DNA of 64,000 nt, from NCBI RefSeq assembly GCF_006345805.1, contig NC_043009.1:44144001-44208000 (forward strand), written 5' to 3'. The DNA comes from Octopus sinensis (taxonomy: Eukaryota). The position numbers and the translations under genes were made by a program. Positions 26,380-38,557 of this stretch are shown here, one piece after another. Numbering within the stretch: the stretch's first letter is position 1; each line of letters opens with the position of its first letter. The notes beneath the pieces are model-generated. The model saw nothing but the letters and a program-made list of their open reading frames with translations. It did no database searches and was not told the origin of the DNA.

Positions 26380-29300
26380 CTAGGAAAAACAAAAGCAACA
26401 ATTTTGGAGAATATTAAGTTTTTGCATTGGAAAACTACTTTTATTTCAGTGAGTAAAATAAGTTGATATCTCCTCTCTTTTTCAGTTTCCTGAACTCAGT
26501 TGTTTGATGGTGATATTTGTTTAGAATAAAGCAGAGAGCTGGCAGAATGGTTACCATGCTGGGAAGAATGCTTAACAGCATTTCATCTGACTTTATGTTT
26601 TGTGTTTGAATTCTGTCAAGGATGACTTTGCCTTTCATCCTCTCAGAGTTGATAAAATAAGTACCAGTTGAGCACTGAGGTAAACCTAATTGTCTTATCC
26701 CACTCCCTCGAAATTACTGGCCTTGTGCCAAAATTTGAAAGTAATATTTGTTTAGAATTAGTGCACAATGTCCAAACAAGGAGTCACACAAACGCTTGTG
26801 CACATGCATGCAGAGCCACTCACAAGACTTTGGTTAGGCTGGAGCTTAGGTAGATGTTTGCCCAAGGTGCTGCACAGTGGGACTGAACCTGAAACCACAT
26901 GGCTACAAAGTAAACTTAACCACCGCAATTGCCTGCATATTGTACAAGTACATACATACAGATTATATATATATATATATATATAGTGTAATAAATAAAA
27001 TATATGCATACATACATACATATATGTACGTACCTACATCTACATGTATATATACATGCATATATAAATATATATACGTGAGTACAGGACACCACAAATA
27101 GACATAGAACTCAACGAGAAACGAAAACGTAAAAACAAACTACACAAGGAAAAATCCCCTATTATCAGCTGTCCCTAGTTCAACTCCAGCGTGTTTCATT
27201 TAATGTCAATTTTCCATGCTGGCATGGGTTGGGCAGTTTAAATGGGACAGGTAAGCCGGAGACTTCCACCAGGCTCCACTCATCTGTTTGGCTTGGTGTC
27301 AATGGCTGAAATGCCCTTCCTTAATGCCAACCATATTACAGACTATACTGAGTGATTTTTATGTCACTGGCACAGGTGCCTTTTATGTGTCACCAACACT
27401 GGTAATGATCATGATCCACTTAGTTTGATGTGTCTTTTCAAGTACAGAAAATCACCAGAAGTCTCAATCATTTGTCATTGCCTCCATGATATATATATAT
27501 ATGAACCAAACTACCTCTCACTATGTTCTATGCCTACCTCTCCCCTCTGCTCCTGCAGCCAATTTCACTGTCATCTTTCTCGTGTCCTTCTGTCCACAGA
27601 ATCATTATTGTCCTGCCACTCTCACCTACCTGCTCCCTCTGGCATCCCTCTATCTTCCCAAACTCATGACCTATTGGTTATCACCCTTCAACTCTACCCA
27701 ACATTTTTACAGTTGCAGGCTGCCTCCTGATCCCTGTACACTCTTGCAAATCCCAGATACCCATTCCTTTCTACTCACCTCAGATCTTGAGGGGTTACTC
27801 TGAACACCTCATATCTCTTCACAGGTCCTACTGATCATTACCTCTCTCCCCTACTAAATGTGAGTAAAAATACAGCTCTACTAGAAGAAACTGCTCTACC
27901 CCCGCTTCTCTTGTACCTTAACTTATCCCATAACATAAAGCTGTGTTTACCTTCCTCAGGGCTCTTAGTCTTGTAAACTGCATGGAAACCTCAATAGAGC
28001 CGGTGGCCCAAAAAAGAAGGCACCTAATACACACTGTAAATTGGTGGGCGTTTGGAAGGACATCTGGCCTTGGAAACAGTGCCAAAGCAGATACTGGAGT
28101 TCGATGCTATTTTTGGCTACATCAAATCCTGTCAACCTATGCCAGCATGGAACATGGACATTAGACAACAAGGATGATGATGATATATTATTTTACATAC
28201 AGCCTGATCTACACCTTTCAGTCATTAGTGCTAATTATTTCTGTTGCCCTTTCTTGCCCACCCCAACCCCACAAGGAAGAAGACACATGCCCAAGGTGCC
28301 ACACTATTAGGACGAAACTCAAAACCTTGTGGCTGGAAAGAGAACTACATAACCACAGTCACACCTGCACATCAAACCATAAAATCCCCTCTCTCTAATA
28401 ACTCCCTTTCTAAACCCATGCTAGCAAGGAAAATTGTAGAGTAACCCTTTCACATTCAGATCTTTCTGTCTAATGTAAGACTTATTTATTCACATTGTTT
28501 TGAATTAATTATCTTTTATCTGTTGCATGTTTCAGTCATTTGTCTGCAGCCATGCTGGGGCACTGCTTTGAAGGGTTTTAGTCAAACATTTAGTCAACTC
28601 CAGGCCTTTTATTTTTTTTTTTTAAGCCTGGTACTTATTTTATCAGTCACTTTTGCCAAATCGCTAAGTCACAGTGACGTAAACAACCCAACACTGATTG
28701 TCAAGCAGGGAGCTGGGTTCAAAATCAATAACACACACACACACATCTCCCTCAGGGCTCATTGTCTTATGAATTGCATGGTGACCTCAATAGTGCAGGT
28801 GGTTTGAAAATAAGCATCCAGTGCACACTGTAAAATGGTTGGCATTAGGAAGTGCATCAAGTGAAAACCAGGCCACGACAGATATTGAAGCAAACTGCAG
28901 TCTTTGGACACATTGGATCCTATCAAACCGTCCAACCTATGCCAGCATGGAACATGGACATTCAATGATGATGATGATGACGATTATGCTTCCTCACAGT
29001 TTCCATCTACCAAATTCACTCACAAGGCACTATGCAGTCCAGGGCTAAAGTAGAACACACTTGCCAAGGTGCTGTACGGTGGGACTGAATTAGAAACCGT
29101 TTTGTTATAATGTTAAAGAGACACATTATCATATGTACTTATATCACAGACAACTAGTTATAAAGTATTACACTATGTCAAACAATAAATGTTTTATAAG
29201 AAGTGGGGAAAAAAGCAACATTAACCATTAGCCATGCTCTACTTTTTACTCAAAACCAAAAAGAGAAAACATATTAACAAGTTGTCTATCTGTGTGTCTG

Positions 29301-31644
29301 TAAGTGATTCACATTCTCAACAACTCTACTTAACACAACCACTTTAAAAAAAGTTAAGCTTCAAACATTATTAGACATTAAAATGTAGACTGGCAAAATT
29401 GTTAGAGCATCAGATGAAACTTTAGATTCTGCTCCAGCTGTTCATTTAAAATATTGGGTTGACCCAAAAGTTTATTTACATTTTTTTTCCTCTGCACATG
29501 CATACTTGCTAGATACCTGACACTCTAACATAGTTTGACATGAACTTGCAATGAGACAGGTTGAATTTTGTGTGCATGAGATCACTCCCTTGCCCCAGTG
29601 ATAGGCATATTGTAAACATGTAACCAATAACATTGTTATTCTTTAATTGTCATATAAAAACATAAAAAATACAAAAACAAAAATAAGTGGTTGAGTTGAT
29701 CAAATAAATTATACAAACAATTACTCAAATTTGTGGCCACATGCTAATGTTCGAAATTGATATTAACAGAGATCAATATATTCTGTGACAAACACAATAT
29801 TTCTTTCATCCCAACACTCCATTTACCTTCCACCCTGTTACAACATAACACAAAATGATTTTTAATCATTCTCCAAATTTGAAAATTGATCATTTTTTTT
29901 TTTTAAATCAAGCTTTTCAAACTACAAATTTTGAAGTTATATTCAGTTACCAATCCAATCAGAGAAACTTTTTTTTAACTCTAGCAAATAAGCAAACAAT
30001 TCATATCTAAAAGCGCAAAAAAGTAGATCACATGTGTATTTAGATATTTTAGTTTACTGATAGTATAGTAACTCTTTTGATACCAGCCTGCCCAAGAGCA
30101 CCCATAGTTCTATGATATACATTCTTTGTTTTAAAATGATTTAAATTAAAACTTTCCACTAAAATTTCAAGTCAATTTATGTACCAAACACCAAATGAAC
30201 AATGACATGTGTTTTTACTAAATTCTTCATTAATTTTACAATTAACCTTTTAGCATCGGTCATATCAGGTCCAAATTTTCAACCCGTTTCATGTTCATAC
30301 AGGCTAGATCCAACCTCCCGTACCTATCCTACAATTTCATTCTGAAAATAAACAATCACATCATTGAACTCTAGAAGCTACATGATAATCCACGATTAAC
30401 TCAGAACAAATTGAATAAATAAGCATTACATTTGACAGGGTAATCTGAATGCTAAAGAGTTAATAGAAACAAAGGTAACATATTTTAACAGAAATACAGT
30501 AATAAAAGATTTTTAAAATATATAGGACATTACAGCATATTATACAATATGCTATTAAAACAAAGGTAGTCACCTGATGATTAAGACATTATTTTCAAAT
30601 ACACATAATGATTTTCCTGATTTTTCTTTTCAAAATACCTGGAGCTCAAATTCCTTTAAGATAAAAGTATAGGGGTAGCAAACAGTTTGAATCAAACAGC
30701 AGCATATATACACAAACTTACATATTTCCTGGCTCATAAGATGAACTTTATTCTGAAAGAACTCCTTAAAAATTCCCCTACATCTCATTATTTCAATAAA
30801 ATGTAAAATGTCAGCTGATAAAACATCATTCAACAACTGGGCCTGATCTTCACAATAAACCCCATTTCGTAATGTACATCTGTATTCACACATACTAAAT
30901 ATATCTTGGATTTATGATTACCATATTCATTAGTTTTGTAATTAATGGTAACTAGTAGCTGTTTGGCACTGGTAACAGAATGTCATTTGTTTGATTTATG
31001 GTGAATCAATAACACTGATGCTTCACATCTTTTGTAGGCCAACAGTAGTACCTCTGAATTAGACACCATCTGTTACCTGTCAGTTAAGTTATTTAACTGA
31101 CAACCCCTCTACAATGCTACACATGCAGAGAAGATAGGCATAATTACAAGCTACAAGTTTTGTATATGTCAAACAATACAGCAACTAGTACACTCTGTGA
31201 AGTTCTTGACATTAGGAAGAGTGTCCAAGCCAGCATGGAAAAATGGACATTAAATGATGATGATGATAAGAGTGGAACAAGTAGGTACACTTGTCCCCTA
31301 CTCTCAAAATTGCTGGCCATAAGCTCTGGACTGATGTCCCATTCAGGGGAAATGCTGTGATGTTGGTCACTCATACACCAGGAAACCCAGGTAACCAACC
31401 TAATGAGACTTAGGGCTCAAAAACAAAAAGCAAGTGACCTGCTACTGTACTGATATGTCAATAGGTGAAGTCATCATAGGCAACTATAAGAGCAGAAATA
31501 ACAGCCATGGTTTAAAAAATATTTTGTAATCAGTAATGATATATAGCACAGAAGATGAATTTCTCTAAGATAGCAATGATCAAAAAAAAAAAAAAAACAG
31601 CCGTGATAGTGGTGTTGATAACAGCACTGATTGATGTATTAATC

Positions 31645-32640
31645 ATCATCATCATTTAATGTCCATTTTCCATGCTGGCATAGGTTGGATGGTTTAACAG
31701 GAGCTGACCAGCCAGAGAGCTTTCCATACTCCAATTGTCTAAGTATGATTTATATGGCTGAATGCCCTTCCTAACACCAACCAGTTTATAGAGTATACTG
31801 GGTACTTTTTAAGTGACACCGACATGTGTGCTTTATACATGGCACTGGCATAGGTGTCTTTAATGTGGCACCAGCAGAGGTGCCTTTCTACATGGCACCA
31901 GCTCATCCACTTTTATGTGAAACCAAAATGGATGCTTTTTATATGGCACCAAAATGAGTGCTTTTTACATGACATAAAAATGGGTGCTTTTCACATAACA
32001 ACAGCACCTGCAAACCCACAAGACAATGACCTCTCAGCTGAGAGAGGTAGTGGGGGACATAGCAGAAAAGGACACGCCTGTATGTATGGATGGCCATGAT
32101 TTTACTTAGCTTGATATGCCTTCTCAAGTACAGCAAATTGCCAGAAGTCTTCGCTCCTTGTCATCTCCTCAGTGAAGCTCAAAACTCAAGATCCTTTCTC
32201 ACCACTTTCTCTCACGTCACCTGAGTCTACCCCTTCCAAAGGTTCCCTCCACAATTGAAGATAGACACTTCTTTATGCAGCTGTCCTCATTCATATGCAT
32301 CTCATGACCATATTAGTACTGTCTTCACTCTTGCATGCAGCATCTGATATTCCTTAATACCCAATTTTTTTCTCAAATCATTTACACTGACAGTCCCCAC
32401 TGGACATTTGAGGAAGTGTACCCTCTATGCATTCTTAGTGTGTATTGTACCCACACATCTGTCACACACAAAGACAACTTTCTCTGTTAACCTTCCTGTG
32501 ATACCACTGCACCTCTTATGTGTATATAGCTAGCACTGGGTACGCCATATGTAGTTTCTACCAATACCTTTCCAACATATCGTGCAGGGCCATCTCCCTT
32601 AAAGAGACTTGTGATTTGTCTGTTTTCCTTCTTACTAGGA
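31645..32640 (-). mobile_element. Decayed RTE-type LINE 3' end: ORF remnant (32640-32100) followed by a family B-like 3' UTR and (GAT)n tail
   Basis: Translation shows KRCSGITGRLTEKVVFVCDRC...YGH..MNEDSCIKKC...FAVLEK; contiguous with the family B block. Confidence 0.7.
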
Positions 32641-34246
32641 AAACAGACAAATCACAAGTCCCTTCAGAGAGATGGCCCTCAGCTATTTGTGGCACTCTCA
32701 AGAAATATATTTCAGATTAAAGATTGATTTTGATGTAGAGACTAGGAAACTGTTTTTAAAAACAAAAAAATTATTGACTCATTCTGACACAAACTCAGTC
32801 TCCCTCTGAACATAAGGCCAGTATTTAGAAACATGCTTGAATTACCTGCACGAGTATTAGCAAATGTAAGCCCTGGTTTTTATTTTTAAAAACGTTTATT
32901 TTTATTTTTAAAAACGTTTATTTTTAAAAACGTTCAACCCCCCCCCCCAAAAAAAACCACCATCCAAGCGTGGCCGTTCGCCAGCCTCGTCTGGCACCTG
33001 TGTCGGTGGCACATAAAAAACACCATCCGAGCGTGGCCGTCTGCCAGCCTCGTCTGGCACCTGTGTCGGTGGAACATAAAATCACCCACTACACTCTCGG
33101 AGTGGTTGGCGTTAGGAAGGGCATCCAGCTGTAGAAACATTGCCAGATCTGACTGGCCTGGTGCAGCCTTCGGGCTCCCCAGACCCCAGTTGAACCGTCC
33201 AACCCATGCTAGCATGGAAAGCGGACGTTAAACGATGATGATGATGATGTTCATGACAAGGAAATCCAATAGCAGTGAACAAAATTTTATCAATGTACAG
33301 CTATTTTACTCTAAATTTAGAAATTTTTACAAAATAAATCTTTGGCAATATATTGTCAAAAGCTTCTTATTCACACCCGAATATATATGTCGCTAATTAT
33401 AGGGTGTGTTTTATCATTTTGTAAGCCGGGAAAGACGGTAGAAGCAGGTAAACAGAAAGTTGCGTTCCGCATTTCGGTTTTTCATTTTACTTTAGAATGG
33501 TTTTGACATGTTTGATTCAGAATGTTAGCTCTGGGAAATGGTAAAGCCACTACTTGAATCTTCATTCTTCCAAAGATCATGCCGGTCACTACTTGAATCA
33601 TCATGCTTCCATAGATGATGCCGGCCAACTTTCTTTCGGCATCATCGCAACAAAAGTGACCACCGACGTATAAAATTTTCATCGTTATTAAGTGAAGTGT
33701 AAGTTGGCTTCCGAGCAGGAAGAAACACCATCAGACGAAGGATCGCCAATAAAAAAAAAGTTTAAAACAGCTATAATCACCAGCACCCCACCCAACTCAC
33801 ACGCTGACTGGCAATCTTACGTCTGTTCGATCAGTACTAGCCTGGGGGCTGGACAACAACACTAATGATGTTGGGCTATAGTATTGAAGAAGAATCCTAA
33901 TTCGATTCTCTTTTTATTTCTATTCCGAAGCCATTTTTCATTAAGCGAAAAGTCAATTCTCTAGCAATAAGCTACCTTCTCTTCGCTATTTTCTCCTACA
34001 TAAAACATCTTACCAACTACGAACGAATGAACATTTATAGTTTTGAAATGGCACAGTGAATAAATTGCAACAAGGATATTATAAGCACTCCTCATATACA
34101 GATATATATGTGTGTATGTGTGCTTATAAAACACTACTTAATCTACAAAGCTAATATCTTATACATAACATCAGAGCGTCTGCTAGGCGGAAAAAAATAT
34201 TCAAAAAAAGCAATTTAACATCGAAAATAATTTTAAAATATCTTAC

Positions 34247-34372
34247 ATTAGTTTGCTCATTCGATAAACTGATATTATCTAACTTGCGTAAAGTATGTCG
34301 ACATCGCTGAAGTTTTTTCTTCACTTTTTTGTCTATGATTATCGGCATACTGGCAGACATAGGCGCCGCCAT
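34247..34372 (-). CDS. ALKBH8: ALKBH8 coding exon 1 (MAAPMSASMPIIIDKKVKKKLQRCRHTLRKLDNISLSNEQTN)
   Basis: ATG at 34372, 126 nt, GTAAGA donor in phase 0 that joins exon 2 in frame; K/R-rich helix with HTL resembles the ALKBH8 N-terminus (KKFLRKQIKAKHTLL). Confidence 0.85.
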
Positions 34373-35669
34373 GATATAAAACCCCGCATTAAATATTGAG
34401 ACGAGCACATGCATGTACTTTCGTTTCAACTCAAAATTGAAGAGAGATTTTTGTCTGTTTTTGTTCAATAATTTTTATTTTTAAAATTAAAAATATATAG
34501 TATATAGTTTAAGCTAGAATTTTTAATATTTTTGTTTATTTATCATTATAAAATGCAACATTTCTCCGTAGACCGCTGGACGAGTTGTCTTGTAGTAATT
34601 GTGAGCTGGCAAGACGGTGAACACGTTGGCTAAAATGCTGCGCGGTCTTTCTTCCGGCTCTTTACATTTTGAGTTCAAATCCGGCCGAGATTACCTTTGC
34701 CTTTCATACTTTCAGGATAAAATAAAGTATTTGTCAAGTACTGAGTTCGATGTAATCGACTTACCCCCTCCACTAAAAATTACTGGTCTTCAACTAAGAA
34801 ATGGACTGGCATCCCGTTTCTGTGGGAAAGTTGTCATCTCGGTGATACGCCAGGGAAAACGAGTAACCGGCCTCATGAGTACGAGGGCTCGAGAAAAAAA
34901 TAAATAACTTGAGATCAACTTATCTAGGGAGGTCGATAAAAACAAAGCACCACTCAAATTCTGAATCGATATAATTTACTGTAGCCTTTCTTCGAAATTT
35001 GTAGATTTAAGTGGCTTTATACCTCTGTTAAAAATCTACGGGGTGGGCCAAAAGTCACGCACCAAAACATTTATATTACGTTATTAGAAGTAGAGCGGCG
35101 AGGCGAGCTGGCAAAGTGCTTAGAAGACATTTCGTCCGTCTTTACACTCTAAGTCGATAAAATAAGTAGCAGTTGAGCTCTGTCTTGCGCCAAAATTTGA
35201 ATCTATTATTTTATCTTTTACTTGTCTCAGTTATTTGACTGTGGCCATGCTGGGGCGCCACCTTGAAAGATTTTAGTGGAACAAATGGACCCAGGACTTT
35301 TTTTAAAGCCTAGTACTTATTCTATCGGTCTCTTAGCCGAACCGCTAAGTTACGGAGATGTAAACACACCGACACTGATTGTCAAGCGGTGGTGGGGACA
35401 AACACACACACACATATACACCTGCGCCTAGTTTCTTGCCAAGTATAGCAAGATGCAGGGCACCAAACTCAGAAAAGGCTGGAGTGCGCAATACGAGCCA
35501 AATAACAAAAAAATATATTAAGCTGAAAACAGGTGTCGTGTTCAAAGCGTTATGGGACATGCGCGCGTTTCATTAAAATGCTAAAATAATTACATAACAA
35601 ATGTAGAAATGCTATGTACCTGCCTTATTTATAAAGCTTTGAATACCACACCTGTTTTCTGCTTATATA

Positions 35670-37880
35670 AATCTCTGTGTGTAGTGTGAGAGAAATATGC
35701 AGTGATATACATGTGAAAGATCCTAAAGTGACGGGCACCAAACTTTGGAATTAATAGTTATACCAGTCCCCGAACAGGACGCCATGACAATTTCCTTCTA
35801 TCTCGTCTAGAGTAGGTGGTCACCAAACTTATGGGCCGCGAGGTCAGTTCATCTGGTCTGCCGCCACACTGTATCTTCTTTGTAAGTACTTGCATTGAGA
35901 GTTCATTCCTGCAGCGATCCTGTTTTAATTTGCATCACCACGTTTAAACATTCTCTTCACAAGAATGTTCCGTTGGTCTCTTTTTTTGCTCGACTGCTAA
36001 GTTATGCAGATCTCAGCAAACCAACACTGGTTATCAAATGGTGGGGACAAACAATGATACAGATGCATAGACATAGACACACACACACACAAGCATATGT
36101 GTATGTATATATATATATATATATTACTAATGTAGGATAAAATTTTTTCCGAAAAAATTTTTTTTATCAATGGCCAGCATATCAAAAAATACCTTTAAAG
36201 GTTAAATTTATAAATAACTTATAAAATAAGAGCAAGAGTAAAATTCTAATGCCAAATATGCTGAAAAAAGACAAAATTGTCAATAACCATTATAATTTAT
36301 GGGTCTCGAAACAAGCCGATAGTAATTTCTAAAAAAATCCGTAACAAAATAGTGCATAAGATGGCAGAGCGAGGAAAACCGTTTACAGACGGCAACTTCA
36401 TCAAAAAGTGCATGACAGAAGCAGGAAATGACTTGTATCCTGAGAAAGCCAATTTGTTTGGAAGCATCGGCTTTTCAGCAAGCTCAGAGTTATGGAGAAC
36501 AGAAGAGCTTGGGGAGAATGCAGTGATTTCTGCAGAATCAACAAAGGATTTCAGAGAAAGCTATCATTATTTGAAGTGCAACTTGGAAGGAGGAAACTTC
36601 TCTAATTTTCAGTATTTCAAAGAGTTTCCGAAGAAGATAATTTGTGACTTAAATAAGTATTTTTTGGAGAGTGGCTGTGTGGTAAGTAGCTTGCTTACCA
36701 ACCACATGGTTCCAGGTTCAGTCCCACTTCGTGGCATCTTGGGCAAGTGTCTTCTACTATAGCTTCAGGCCGACCAAAGCCTTGTGAGTGGATTTGGTAG
36801 ACAGAAACTGAAAGAAGCCTGTCATATATATGTGTGTGTCTGTGTTTGTCCCCCTAGCATTGCTTGACAACCGATGCTGGTGTTTATGTCCCTATCACTT
36901 AGCAGTTCGGCAAAAGAGACCGATAGAATAAGTACTAGGCTTACAAAGAATAAATCCCGGGGTCAATTTGCTCGACTAAAGGCAGTGCTCCAGCATGGCC
37001 ACAGTCAAATGACTGAAACCAGTAAGGATTTTCAGATCTCGACAGAATTGAGAGTGACATTCTTCTGTCCCAGAATCCGTTTCAGTTTTGATGATGTGCC
37101 AGTCGAACTATAGTTGGTGCTCATTGGTTTGTTGAATGAGAAGCACAGAGAAGGAATAGTTGTGTAGAATTTTATCACTGCTTACCTGATAATGAGTTTT
37201 CAAATTTGAAGAAATTTGCCTCTGGTATGGCATCAGTGTTTGGAACAATTTATGTCTGTGAGCAAACATTTTCAAAAATGAAGTAACCTGACTGATGAAT
37301 GTTTGAATGTAATTCTATTGGTTGGATGCAGCAATTCCAAAGCAAATATTAATGATATCTTAAAAGCTAAGCACCAGTTTCACAAATCTCACTAAACTTT
37401 TTTTGCTGTTTAGTCTGTGAAATTCAGATATGTGCACATTGAGTGTGATATAACTATCTTATTGTTAACATCGCCTTCTTTGATAATTTTTTGTAAATAA
37501 ATATATTGGGTTTTTTTTTTTTGTATATTCACTGTATTGTATTGAACAAAATGGTTATACGGCCCATGCTCACCATTCTCTCAGTTATCTGGCCCTCTGT
37601 AAAAAAAGTTTGATGACTCCTGGTCTAGAGGAAAGACAAGGCACAACAATAGCTTGAGATTTAAAGGTATACATCTATTTAACATCTTGCCTGAGACATC
37701 TACATGGAGTAAGGACAGATGCTTTCTTGAAACACCTTGACCTGCTGTCCAAGATCCCGGATGAACATACATCACAGCAAGAAACTAAAATGAGGGCAGC
37801 AATGTCGAACTCATTCACTAAAAGCCAACCACATGAGAATTCCATTGAAAAGGTGATGATACTTGCGGTACCCCAGCATA
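35670..37880 (+). mobile_element. CR1/L2-group LINE fragment (35670-35812 + 37631-37880) split by the hAT insertion
   Basis: EKYAVIYM*KIL..APNFGINSYTSPRTGRH on the left continues as NSLRFKGIHLFNILP...LDLLSKIPDE on the right. Confidence 0.65.
35813..37622 (+). mobile_element. Internally deleted hAT DNA transposon, Buster/Charlie (SPIN/GTF2IRD2-like) type
   Basis: Perfect 8-bp TSD GTCTAGAG (35805-35812, 37623-37630); imperfect ~16-bp TIRs; transposase remnants ERGKPFTDGNFIKKCM...PEK and hATC FGTIYVCEQTFSKMK. Confidence 0.88.
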
Positions 37881-37925
37881 ACCACAACCTGTGTGTGTAT
37901 GTGTAAATATATACATGTGTATATG

Positions 37926-37968
<43 letters not shown>

Positions 37969-37979
37969 ATATGTATATA

Positions 37980-38305
37980 ACTCAAGAGTCATCTTTGTAG
38001 TCATAAAGTGAGATAGATGAGTGACAACCTGGCCACTGGTGGTGGTGTAACACACAATACTAATCATATCTGTCGGGCATGTGGAAGAGAGTGTAATTCG
38101 GCAGGAGGACTTAAATGACATGCAAAGGTACATGAAGCCCAGTTGCAACTACAGCCAGCTATTACCGGTAAAGGTTTTAGTTGCCATTTCTGTACAAGAC
38201 ATTGTAGATCTTTAGCTGGGCTAAAAAGTCACATTCGATCACAGCACCAATAACAGTTAAGCTTCGTGCAATGGCCATACTTGATAACGAGGGGGCAGCC
38301 ATCAT
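37980..38305 (+). mobile_element. Non-LTR retrotransposon 3' end with tandem C2H2 fingers (probably RTE clade), in-frame stops
   Basis: HICRACGRECNSAGGLK*HAKVH...FSCHFCTRHCRSLAGLKSHIRSQH* followed by a short UTR. Confidence 0.6.
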
Positions 38306-38318
38306 ATATATATGTGTA

Positions 38319-38349
<31 letters not shown>

Positions 38350-38482
38350 TTATATTAAGGGCATTACTATACATAAATGCCTCACGCCAGGAGGGACTCT
38401 TAAAGTCAAAACTACTATAATAATAACCACATTGTACCGAACGCAAGGGAATGCAACTCTTGAAGCGAGCCTCCTAAAAACA

Positions 38483-38557
38483 GACTTAGCTGCATATCAT
38501 ATGATTTCGTAATTAGTGCACAAAATGCACTTTTCACTCATCAGTGCAAGCATAGTC
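38483..38557 (-). ncRNA. Type I hammerhead ribozyme motif, AUA cleavage between 38495 and 38494
   Basis: Minus strand: TTGCA-CTGATGA-GTGAAAAGTGCATTTTGTGCACTAATTAC-GAA-ATCATATGAT-A|TGCAG; G10.1-C11.1 pair present, 10-nt palindromic stem III. Confidence 0.75.

Noticed and set aside
30630-30893. 87-aa minus-strand ORF in ALKBH8 intron 1 with splice-like signals
   Set aside because: Phase is incompatible with exon 1 (phase 0), exons 1 and 2 already join cleanly, and no homology was recognised
33855-33910. Possible C/D snoRNA
   Set aside because: Imperfect C box, no D box and no terminal stem
37980-38260. Host C2H2 zinc-finger gene (cephalopod expansion)
   Set aside because: In-frame stops, no TGEKP linkers, and a LINE-like 3' end favour a retrotransposon remnant
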